Source: Candidatus Bathyarchaeia archaeon
GTDB taxonomy: Archaea; Thermoproteota; CALKCG01; B24
Length of the DNA stretch: 64,000 nucleotides
Direction of reading: 5' to 3'
Assembly (NCBI GenBank): GCA_038870975.1
Contig: JAVZJD010000001.1
Coordinates: 320,001 to 384,000, forward strand
The notes beneath the pieces were generated by a model. That model saw nothing but the letters and a program-made list of their open reading frames with translations, had not been told where the DNA came from and did no database searches. Shown here one piece after another: positions 1 to 8,205 of this stretch. Within the stretch, counting starts at the first letter, position 1; each line of letters starts with the position of its first letter. A program made the position numbers and the translations under genes.

Positions 1-282
1 AACGATTTAGAGGCAGTAACAGTCTACGGGCCTAAGAAAGCTGAAGATAGAGGTGGACTCGTAGCATTCAACATTAAAAACATGGATAGCCATGATGTAG
101 CCCTTCTACTGGACGAACTAGAGAATATAGCCGTTAGATCAGGCTTACACTGCGCGGCTCCCCTACATAAGAGGCTTGGACTGAAAAGCACGGTTAGAGC
201 GTCTTTCTACATATATAATACAGTGGAAGAGATTGATATATTCTGCAACACTATGGAGAAGATATCCAAGCTAAAACCATGA
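1..282 (+). CDS. cysteine desulfurase (SufS-like, class V PLP), 3' part; start lies upstream of the window
   Basis: Frame is open from base 1. It has the RSGLHCA catalytic-Cys motif and the RASFYIYNT C-terminal motif. Confidence 0.85.
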   Translation, partial: NDLEAVTVYGPKKAEDRGGLVAFNIKNMDSHDVALLLDELENIAVRSGLHCAAPLHKRLGLKSTVRASFYIYNTVEEIDIFCNTMEKISKLKP

Positions 283-1074
283 TTACACATGCCACTTACC
301 TAAAATATCTCTACTCACAATCTCAGCAACACGTCTACCCGATAGAAGCATGCCGCCGAATATAGGGCCCATTCTAGGTAGTCTGTAAAGCGCTGCAACA
401 GCCATCCCTGCAACGTAAAGCCCATCGCAAACTTTTCCAGTCTTCTCTACTACAAGCTTCTCACCCTCAGCAGCCCACATGGATGCTTCCCCAGGTAGAG
501 ACTTATTCAAACCCGGAACCTTCTTAAAAACTATTGATAATACTTCAGCCTCATGCCCAGTGCAGTCTACAACAGCTTTAGCTTTAAATGAAATCGGGTC
601 TACGTGTAGATTTGCTAGAACTATGGAGCTCCATTGTACAACAACTCCAACTATCTTAGGAGTATTGTCTTCAATCCTAAAAATAACATCGTCAACTGAT
701 ACTCCTAAAAGTATTTCTGCACCAGCATCTACGGCCGCCGCGGCAAGTTTAGCCGCCATCTCCGCTGGGTCGACCAAATACAGCTCTTCATTAAACTGTT
801 TAAGTCTACATTTGACCTCTCTAAGTATATCGTCAGCTGGCTTTTCTACTACTGCAGCTGGGAGCTGCATCCCCCCTCCACCTATGCCCCCTCCAAAGGA
901 GAGCCTCCTCTCAACTAAAAGTGTGTTTAATCTATTTTTAGCCAGGTAGGTTGCAGCCGTAAGACCAGCGGGTCCTGCACCTACAACGATGACATCTACA
1001 TCAGCCAACTTGTAGAGTTTATCTGTAGCAGCTTTAACTATGGCTTTGGTTATAACAGATTCATCAATACCCAT
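283..1074 (-). CDS. thi4: sulfide-dependent adenosine diphosphate thiazole synthase (non-Cys Thi4)
   Basis: GAGPAG dinucleotide-binding motif, GGGIGGGG, LHVDP (His at the yeast Cys205 position), DCTGH and PRMGPIFGGM. Confidence 0.92.
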   Translation of the reverse strand: MGIDESVITKAIVKAATDKLYKLADVDVIVVGAGPAGLTAATYLAKNRLNTLLVERRLSFGGGIGGGGMQLPAAVVEKPADDILREVKCRLKQFNEELYLVDPAEMAAKLAAAAVDAGAEILLGVSVDDVIFRIEDNTPKIVGVVVQWSSIVLANLHVDPISFKAKAVVDCTGHEAEVLSIVFKKVPGLNKSLPGEASMWAAEGEKLVVEKTGKVCDGLYVAGMAVAALYRLPRMGPIFGGMLLSGRRVAEIVSRDILGKWHV

Positions 1075-1078
1075 GCAG

Positions 1079-1099
1079 ACCCGGTTACTATTACCGGGT
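1079..1099. promoter_or_regulatory. palindromic operator candidate between the thi4 TATA box and start codon
   Basis: ACCCGGT-N7-ACCGGGT. A minus-strand TATA-like ATATAAATAT lies at 1107-1116. Confidence 0.5.
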
Positions 1100-1316
1100 T
1101 AAGCTCATATTTATATCTATCTAATTTGAAGCCTTAGCTCTAAATTTCATCGAAAGTAATTCTACGAATCGAATAAATGACGGCGCTGTCAGTATCAAAA
1201 GTAAATACGATAGATAGAGCTTAAGCTTTCCAATACCATACAGATAGCTCAAGCCGATGTAAAATATGTTAAACTACATCTTGAAATTGGCTGGGTACAA
1301 AATCCACATTTTAACC

Positions 1317-2852
1317 TTAGACTTTAAGACTTGCTAGCTCATGATAAAGCGGTATAAGTGTCAAGTAGAGTTTTTTAAAGTATTCATATAGCAGGGAATA
1401 CTTTTCATACAGTGCTAAGTTCGGATTATGTACGTCTGTAATTCTAACCAATTTTTCTGCAACACTAAAATCCCTATATATCCCCACACCTACACCAGCC
1501 GCTATGGCAGCTCCAAAAGACGTCGCCTCCATCAAGTACTCTGGCACTAGTATAGTTTTACCATAGATGCTTGCCATAATATCCCTCCAAAGCCTCCCCT
1601 TGGCTCCACCGCCTATCACTCTGATATTCTCTATTCTTACCCCTTGCTCTTCAAATGCTTCTAGAATTATTCTTAAATTGAAGCATACACCCTCTAAAAC
1701 AGCCCTTATCAAATGCCTCCTCCTATGTCCAAGCGCCAACCCGAAAAACACACCTCTAGCATTCGGATTCCACCATGGAGACCTCTCACCCATCAAATAC
1801 GGGAGAAATATCACTTTCTCAGAGCCAGGCTCCACTTTCTCGGCTTCTGAATCCATAATCACATAAGGGTCAACTCCAAGCCTCCACGCTTCATTCACTT
1901 CGGCTTGGCAAATCTCATCCCTAAGCCACCTATAGGAACTACCAGCAGTCTGCATCGTGCCAGTAGGAGAAACCTTATTGGGGTCTAAATGCCACTGATT
2001 GAAAATCCTCATCTTTGAATCTATAAGTGGCTTATCAGTACAGATACTGACCCAAGAAGACGCCCCAACATAGTTATAAGCATGTCCATACCTTACCACT
2101 CCAGCACCCACCGCGGCACATGCTCCATCTCCTCCACCTACGACTACTGGCGTTCCAGGCTTTAGACCAATCTTTTCGGCGATTGACTGCTCAATTCCTC
2201 CTACCACTTCAGTTGAAGCACAAAGCCTCGGCAACTTATCGACTGGGATTTGAAGCTCTTCAAGAATTCCATATGCCCATTGCCTCCTATTCACATCGAG
2301 CAGACCAGCCAAGGAGGCGTCGGAGAAGTCTGTAACGTATTCCCCAGTCAGCTTTAGAATTATATAGTCTTTAGATTGAATAAACTTGTACGTCTTCTTG
2401 TAAATCTCAGGCTCATTCTCCCTCAACCAGAGGATTTTAGAAATAGTATACGATGGGTTTACCCTATTTCCAGTTATCCGGTAGAAGTCTTCTTCACCTA
2501 TCTGCTCAGCTATGAAATTAGCCTGTTCTATGCTCCTCTGATCCATCCAGATAATACTAGACCTCAAGGGATTTCCATATTTATCTATGGGGAGACAACC
2601 CATCATCTGACCACTAAAACCAACAGCCTCAATATCATCCGGATGTACTTTGGATGTTTTCAGAATCTCACGTGTAGAAGCGATAAAAGCATTCCACCAG
2701 TCTTCTGGATTTTGTTCAGCCCACGTCGGTTTAGGCTGATGGAGAACATACTCTTTCAAAGTACTCGTAATCAAACGACCATCTAAATCAAATAGCGTCG
2801 CCTTATCTCCCGTGGTACCTATATCATGAGCTAGAATATACCCACCGCCCAT
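1317..2852 (-). CDS. xylB: xylulokinase / FGGY carbohydrate kinase
   Basis: DIGTT, SGQMMG, WMDQRS, GGGDG, FLPYLMGER and GGGAK motifs. Confidence 0.8.
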   Translation of the reverse strand: MGGGYILAHDIGTTGDKATLFDLDGRLITSTLKEYVLHQPKPTWAEQNPEDWWNAFIASTREILKTSKVHPDDIEAVGFSGQMMGCLPIDKYGNPLRSSIIWMDQRSIEQANFIAEQIGEEDFYRITGNRVNPSYTISKILWLRENEPEIYKKTYKFIQSKDYIILKLTGEYVTDFSDASLAGLLDVNRRQWAYGILEELQIPVDKLPRLCASTEVVGGIEQSIAEKIGLKPGTPVVVGGGDGACAAVGAGVVRYGHAYNYVGASSWVSICTDKPLIDSKMRIFNQWHLDPNKVSPTGTMQTAGSSYRWLRDEICQAEVNEAWRLGVDPYVIMDSEAEKVEPGSEKVIFLPYLMGERSPWWNPNARGVFFGLALGHRRRHLIRAVLEGVCFNLRIILEAFEEQGVRIENIRVIGGGAKGRLWRDIMASIYGKTILVPEYLMEATSFGAAIAAGVGVGIYRDFSVAEKLVRITDVHNPNLALYEKYSLLYEYFKKLYLTLIPLYHELASLKV

Positions 2853-3181
2853 TTAAAGCCTCCTCCAACAGCCTATCACTAAAAGTAATGGATAATAATG
2901 TGAATATAAATCGCAAGGTTTTCAGCTTGATTTCAAGATAATTCAAGCCAGTGGGCTATGTAGGATATAACCTACTAGGTCACCCTTCTTCTACTACCAG
3001 TATAACCTCGGTTTTGCCCTGTCTTATCCTATGGATATTGGAAGTTGAAACATTAGTAAGTAGCTTTACAGCCTATTTCATCTATGAGAAAACTTAATGA
3101 TTGGTAAAATTTGTTACTTCTCTAGCGGTTTTAACGAATAAAAATTGCGGATAAAGCAAGCAGTAAAAGAGGTGAAAGAAG

Positions 3182-4096
3182 TTGAACTTTGAGAATAGGC
3201 TTCGAGTTTATAGTAAGAAGGCTAAGGTACTGACTAAGTTTAATCCCTTCCAATCGAGGGCATGTCCTCCTAGGCTTGAAGTCAACGTTTACACGGGATG
3301 CGCCTTTCAATGCAAGTACTGCTACGCTAGAGCATATATACGCGATTTTAATAGGCCTAGGTGTAAGCCCGATTTCAAGGAGAACCTCGAGGAGGATGTT
3401 GAGAGAGCTCTTCAGCTTGGACTTAACAAGCTACCCGTAGGCATTTCAAATTCATGTGAGCCTTTTCAACCTCTAGAAGACAAGTATAAACATGCACTAT
3501 TTGCCATCAAGCTCTTAACGGATAACGATTTCCATCTCATAATAATCACTAAGAATCCTTCAAAGCTTACTGAACCCGAGTACCTCGATGCTATGGATCC
3601 AAAGAGGACGTTCATAGAGGTTACCATACCCTTCTTAGATTCACGGTTCTTCGAGCCTTACGCTCCACCGACGATGGAGAGGATAAAATCGATCACCGCG
3701 CTCAACGAATTAGACTATACCGTGGCTGTAAGAGTAGATCCGATTGTACCGAGTTATGGGAGCATACCTGGGCAATCTCCATCTGAGGTTGAAACCCTTA
3801 TCGACCAACTGCATAAAGCTGGGGTGAGATTTATCATCGCAAAGTGCCTAAGGCTTGTAGGAGCAACGACAAAAGCATACCCAGAATTCTACCATGCTTT
3901 AAGGCCGTACTACCAGCTCAACGGTAAATGGACGAAAAACTGCTACGAACTAAAGAACGAGGTAAAACAGGAACTCCATAAACCGATCTACCAGGCTTGT
4001 GTTAAACGCGGTATACTTTACTCCACATGCATGGATGAAGTACGTCTTCCAGGCTCAGCCATGTGCGACCAAAGCAACCTATTCTTTTACCGCTAA
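3182..4096 (+). CDS. radical SAM protein, SplB/Rv2578c-like
   Basis: CAFQCKYC cluster motif, SNSCEPF and TKNP. RBS GAGGTG precedes the TTG start. Confidence 0.8.
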   Translation: MNFENRLRVYSKKAKVLTKFNPFQSRACPPRLEVNVYTGCAFQCKYCYARAYIRDFNRPRCKPDFKENLEEDVERALQLGLNKLPVGISNSCEPFQPLEDKYKHALFAIKLLTDNDFHLIIITKNPSKLTEPEYLDAMDPKRTFIEVTIPFLDSRFFEPYAPPTMERIKSITALNELDYTVAVRVDPIVPSYGSIPGQSPSEVETLIDQLHKAGVRFIIAKCLRLVGATTKAYPEFYHALRPYYQLNGKWTKNCYELKNEVKQELHKPIYQACVKRGILYSTCMDEVRLPGSAMCDQSNLFFYR

Positions 4097-4274
4097 CCTC
4101 AGCCCGCTGAAAGCCATCAAGACTTTCAACCCACCCTTCTCAACTTGAAAAAGACCGATTAAATCGTCCAGTGGTAAATGGGAAAACCCAGGGATAAGCT
4201 GGAAAAACTAAGCTAAATAAAATCCTAGGTTGAAATAGAAAAGGCAAAACTACTTTAATGGAAGAAGTGAAAAC

Positions 4275-4372
4275 ACCCCCCTCCACCCTTTAAAGAGATT
4301 TAACTAGGGAGGGGGTCTAAATATCCATAAAATCTCTCCATAAAAACGTCCATAAAAAACCCATTATAATGG
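4275..4372. repeat. inverted G-strings plus phased TCCATAAAA repeats and a 12-bp palindrome
   Basis: CCCCCTCC...GGAGGGGG inverted repeat (4277-4315), TCCATAAAA at 4324, 4337 and 4349, and CCATTATAATGG at 4361-4372. Confidence 0.6.
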
Positions 4373-4486
4373 AAGACTCTTCTTAAAAGCAGTTTTGAAA
4401 AGAAGGCGGAGAGATCTACTGGAAAACGTAAAATTCATGCATTCCAGCGAATTCCGACCCAACTCCTCAACATTCTTCCGTAGAAG

Positions 4487-4560
4487 TGGGCCGGGCAGGA
4501 CTTGAACCTGCGACCATCCGCGCGTCAGGCGGATATCCTAGCCAACTAGACGACCGGCCC
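4487..4560 (-). tRNA. tRNA-Val(GAC)
   Basis: Cloverleaf GGGCCGG...TCCGC-CT-GAC-GC-GCGGA...GCAGGTTCAAGTCCTGC-CCGGCCC-A. Confidence 0.96.
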
Positions 4561-4936
4561 TTAGATGAGGCTAATCTATTCAGTTTTTGAACGAAGTTAT
4601 AAGATTTGCGATAGTGTTGTTCAGCCAGAAGCGTATGTTAAGAGCTTAGTCGTAGGTTTAATGGCGTTGGAGGTTTTCAAAATATAATGATTCCTCCTCC
4701 ATCTTTACTCCTTTTAATCATTTATTTCGTAAAGCAGCCTGTTTTTTCACTGCCGCCTTTAACATTCATTGAGGACCCCATTATTTTTCCATCCTCAGAC
4801 TATGCGGTTAAGCTTTAGATGAGAGAGCCCCTCTCAACTGTGGGATCTACAATCTTCTAAAACATATGTCTGAAATGCTTTAAAAATGGTAGTATTTACC
4901 AGTGTAGGAGGATACGATACGTATTTAAAAGAATAT

Positions 4937-5818
4937 TTACATCGATTTAAGTTTTCTAGCTATGATAGGTGCTGTCGTTATCTTTGATACGGGTCCAGGT
5001 ATTGAATCCGTTCCTACGACTTCTTCAATTCCAGCTTCTCTCAAGCGTTCTAATGCATTTTCAGCCAGTAAAGCATGTGTTACGCCTACGTATACTCTTC
5101 TGGCACCCTGCTTCTTAAGTATTCTAGCAGCATTAGCAGCCGTTCCACCTGTGCTTATAATATCATCTATTATCACCGCGTCTCTTCCAGAGACGTTTAA
5201 AGTTTTTTCAGCCGTCACTATTTCACCCGTATACCTATCCCTCTGCTTCTCAAGCCAATCATAATCCGTTCCAGCGGCTTTAGCGGCAACTTCAGCCCTC
5301 TTGAGAGCAGCTTCTTCATCATCCGGCGCTACGACTAAAGGCCTCTCAACCCCCTTAGCTAGGAAATACCTGATTATTTCATCCGCAGCCGTCAGATTGT
5401 ATGCAGGTATGTGGTAGTAGTCTAAAACTCCTAAATTGTGAATATCAACCGTGTAAAGTTCTGAAGCCCCAGCCCTCTCAAGACTCTGTGCGAGTATCTT
5501 AGAGCTTACTGCTTCACCAGAGAGATAACGTCGATCTTGACGACTGTAGGCTAAATACGGCGCATAGACTATGAGCCTTCTAGCCCCAAGCTCTCTACAA
5601 GTTTCAAGCATGTAGATAAGCTCAAGTATATGCTGGTCTTGAGGTGGAGGAAGACTTTGAACAATTAACAAGACCTCGCCTTCAATACTCTCTAAAAGCC
5701 TAAAGTAGAATTCTCCATCTGGAAACCGTTTAAATTGAACTTTAACAAGGGGTATCTTAAGTTCTGCAGATATATTCTCCGCGAGTTTTACAGAGCTCGG
5801 TCCGCTAAGTATACGCAT
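4937..5818 (-). CDS. prs: ribose-phosphate pyrophosphokinase
   Basis: FPDGE, PYLAYSRQDR, VDIH and the IDDIISTGGT PRPP-binding motif. Confidence 0.95.
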   Translation of the reverse strand: MRILSGPSSVKLAENISAELKIPLVKVQFKRFPDGEFYFRLLESIEGEVLLIVQSLPPPQDQHILELIYMLETCRELGARRLIVYAPYLAYSRQDRRYLSGEAVSSKILAQSLERAGASELYTVDIHNLGVLDYYHIPAYNLTAADEIIRYFLAKGVERPLVVAPDDEEAALKRAEVAAKAAGTDYDWLEKQRDRYTGEIVTAEKTLNVSGRDAVIIDDIISTGGTAANAARILKKQGARRVYVGVTHALLAENALERLREAGIEEVVGTDSIPGPVSKITTAPIIARKLKSM

Positions 5819-5982
5819 AGATACACCAGTCTAAATTGAGGTGGAACATAAGATAAACTTGACTATATTAGCTATTCAGCTGTCATGCCTCAGCTCTACT
5901 TCAGCCGTCACCTTGGAAGTCTTATAAGATATGTTTATATTTATGGTGTAACTTTCCTTGTTTAAAGTTATAAGGTGGATCT

Positions 5983-6159
5983 ATGGCTGAAGCAGACTTT
6001 CCCAGATGCTTCTGGTGCAATAAGCCTATAAAGCCTGGAGACCTAGCCGTAAAATTCCCATGTCCAAGTTGCGGAAGAATAGTAATATGGCGTTGTGAAA
6101 AATGTAGAGCGTTAGCTAAACCTTATAAGTGTCCACTGTGTGGTTTCACAGGTCCTTAG
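5983..6159 (+). CDS. Zn-ribbon protein (DUF1610/COG2888-like), 58 aa, not in ORF track
   Basis: Hand translation MAEADFPRCFWCNKPIKPGDLAVKFPCPSCGRIVIWRCEKCRALAKPYKCPLCGFTGP has four CxxC motifs and the C-terminal GFxGP. RBS GGTGG. Conserved position upstream of EF-1beta. Confidence 0.9.
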   Translation: MAEADFPRCFWCNKPIKPGDLAVKFPCPSCGRIVIWRCEKCRALAKPYKCPLCGFTGP

Positions 6160-6171
6160 TAAGGTGATGTT

Positions 6172-6441
6172 ATGGCTAGAGTTTTAGTCAAATTGAGAAT
6201 CTTCCCTGAAAGCGTAGACCTAGATTTAAAAGAACTTGTAAAACGTATATCTGAACGCCTCCCCGAAAACTCTAAAATCGAAGGGGTCGGTGAAGAGCCC
6301 ATAGCCTTCGGTTTAAACGCTCTCCTATTATTAGTCTCAATACCGGATGAGGAGGGCTTCATGGGCAGAGTTGAAGAAGCCATTAGCACCACTCAAGGCG
6401 TCAACCAAATCCAGATAATATCCGTCGGCAGAACTAGGTGA
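6172..6441 (+). CDS. ef1b: translation elongation factor 1-beta
   Basis: PESVDLDL and EPIAFGLNAL motifs; 89 aa. Confidence 0.93.
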   Translation: MARVLVKLRIFPESVDLDLKELVKRISERLPENSKIEGVGEEPIAFGLNALLLLVSIPDEEGFMGRVEEAISTTQGVNQIQIISVGRTR

Positions 6442-6445
6442 GCTT

Positions 6446-6871
6446 TTGCATCTAAAGGTTAATTCCATCCTCATAGACGAGTACAGGTTAAATTGGTCTC
6501 TAAGATACCTTAGAGAGGCTAAAGTAGACTACGAATGTCTAAAGCTTCTCACAGATAGAGAAACCTATACAAGCCTAGGCTCAACGGCCGTTAGAAAAGC
6601 CCAGACGGCAGTACTCTACGCCCTAGCAGAGCCAACGTCAATCTATAACGTAATCGTATCGGTTGTCGATGGGGGCGCTAAAGCAGACGACAGTTTGATC
6701 AACACTTTAGCATCCATGGAGAAGTACATCAGAAACATCGTAGACAACGCATATACATACCCTAGAGAAATATATATCCGACTAGTCGGAGAACAGATAT
6801 CTATAGCTGAGAAGCTTTTAGAGAAAATACTCGAAGTCTACACTGGTGAACGTTTAAATCTAGCTTCATAA
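6446..6871 (+). CDS. hypothetical helical protein, possibly HEPN-like fold
   Basis: Operonic after ef1b. YLREAKVDY...AVRKAQTAVLYAL resembles HEPN helices, but no RxxxxH motif is present. Confidence 0.55.
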   Translation: MHLKVNSILIDEYRLNWSLRYLREAKVDYECLKLLTDRETYTSLGSTAVRKAQTAVLYALAEPTSIYNVIVSVVDGGAKADDSLINTLASMEKYIRNIVDNAYTYPREIYIRLVGEQISIAEKLLEKILEVYTGERLNLAS

Positions 6872-6882
6872 AAACTATAATC

Positions 6883-6947
6883 TGGGGATGAAGAGACTGA
6901 CCTGCACAGACAGATTTGAATGACGAGCTGTATCTCCACAGACCCCA
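6883..6947 (+). ncRNA. C/D-box guide sRNA
   Basis: Terminal stem TGGGG/CCCCA. Box C ATGAAGA (6888), 12-nt guide, D' CAGA (6907), C' ATGACGA (6920), 12-nt guide, D CAGA (6939). TTTAAAT TATA box about 25 nt upstream. Confidence 0.8.
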
Positions 6948-6981
6948 CTATACCAATCTAAGGTTTTAATGGTGTTGACTT

Positions 6982-7260
6982 ATGAAGGTTAAAGTCAGGT
7001 TTCTAGGTTTTCTCGCAAAACTTTACGGGTATGAAGAGACAACAATAGAAGTCTCTGAAAGCTCTACGTTGAGAGAGCTCTTGAAAAAAATAGTTAAACG
7101 GAAGACCAAGTTTAAAAATGCAGTTTTAAAAGGTGAAGACGTAAGAGAGACGATACTAACACTAATCAATCAAAAAGACATAGGAGTTTTAAACGGCTTA
7201 GACACCACGCTTAAAGATGGAGATGAAATAGTTTTCGTACCAATTTCACATGGAGGTTAA
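6982..7260 (+). CDS. MoaD/ThiS-family ubiquitin-like protein (SAMP)
   Basis: Beta-grasp size, LKDGDEIVFVP and C-terminal GG. Confidence 0.9.
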   Translation: MKVKVRFLGFLAKLYGYEETTIEVSESSTLRELLKKIVKRKTKFKNAVLKGEDVRETILTLINQKDIGVLNGLDTTLKDGDEIVFVPISHGG

Positions 7261-7941
7261 ACGCTCTTCTTCACCCATAGCCCAAGCTATTCCGCCGAGT
7301 ATATGTCTCTGGAAGCATTCACTTCTCCAGAGAGGTGTGAAATGTCCAAAAGCCGTGTAGAATACTCGTCCTTGACCGTATTCATGACACCAGGCTAAAG
7401 CATAGTCGTTATCTGGACGTGTACCCTTGCTCAAATCTACAGAGCTATTGTCAAGCCTTATGAGTACATGAGTTTTATCTCTACTCCAATCTCTAAACGT
7501 GTAGACTTCCTCAAGCACTTTAAACCTCTTAGGGAGATGCTTAGTTGAGGGATGGCTATCATCTTCAACTATTGCGTAAACCTCCTGCGTCCACGGATGC
7601 CCGTTAAAGTATCCACCTATCATCCTACCATACTCAGGGAACTTGTAAAAAGTGTCCGTAGCATTATGTACACCTATAAATCCCCCACCGCTTTCAACGA
7701 AACGTATTAGAGCACTCTTCTGTTCTTCACTCATAGGAAGTTCACCAGTCGTCATAAATAGAACCGCAGCACACGTACTTAGTATTCTATCGTTAAATTC
7801 GAAGCACTCCTCCGTTGCGTATGTCTCGAAAACACCAGTTTTCTCACCAAGTCTTGTTAAAACCTCAACTGCAGTAGTTAAGTAGCTGTGTCTAAATCCT
7901 GCTGAATGCGTTAATACAAACAACCTGTTTTTACGGCTCAT
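7246..7941 (-). CDS. ThuA-like domain protein
   Basis: SAGFRHS, GGGFIGVH, GGYFNGHP and GRVFYTAFGH. Start trimmed to MSRKN. Confidence 0.85.
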   Translation of the reverse strand: MSRKNRLFVLTHSAGFRHSYLTTAVEVLTRLGEKTGVFETYATEECFEFNDRILSTCAAVLFMTTGELPMSEEQKSALIRFVESGGGFIGVHNATDTFYKFPEYGRMIGGYFNGHPWTQEVYAIVEDDSHPSTKHLPKRFKVLEEVYTFRDWSRDKTHVLIRLDNSSVDLSKGTRPDNDYALAWCHEYGQGRVFYTAFGHFTPLWRSECFQRHILGGIAWAMGEEERLTSM

Positions 7942-8205
7942 ACAAGTCAGAATTCTAAGTAATATAATAAAAATATTTGCCACACAAGCACCTCTATCCC
8001 TAAAAATGGATAGAACTTGAAATACAATCCATGGTTAAAGCCCATTGGAAAAAAGACGTTTACTATGGAGATTGGTCGACCCTATGAAAGGTCGACGTAT
8101 CGTATGCTATTCAAAACCGGGAATACATTCAGGTGTATCTACTTGATATGGTCACTGGCAATTGAATTTTACAGAATATTAACCTAGTAGCTGATGCGTA
8201 TAAAT

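Noticed and set aside
479-949. 156-aa plus-strand ORF, and similar antisense ORFs throughout (e.g. 1567-1866, 4962-5264, 49238-49660, 60462-61016)
   Set aside because: They are shadows of well-supported genes on the opposite strand, Ser/Thr/Pro-rich and without motifs.
283-1074. Annotation as ribose-1,5-bisphosphate isomerase
   Set aside because: The motifs are those of the Thi4 thiazole synthase family; the isomerase label is a legacy mis-annotation.
4690-4800. Minus-strand peptide resembling a short-chain dehydrogenase piece (KIM..NVKG..MIKR..GGGIII)
   Set aside because: Too short and interrupted to support without a search.
8074-8096. GTCGACC-N8-GGTCGAC inverted repeat
   Set aside because: Built from self-palindromic GTCGAC words, not at a promoter position and not recurring.
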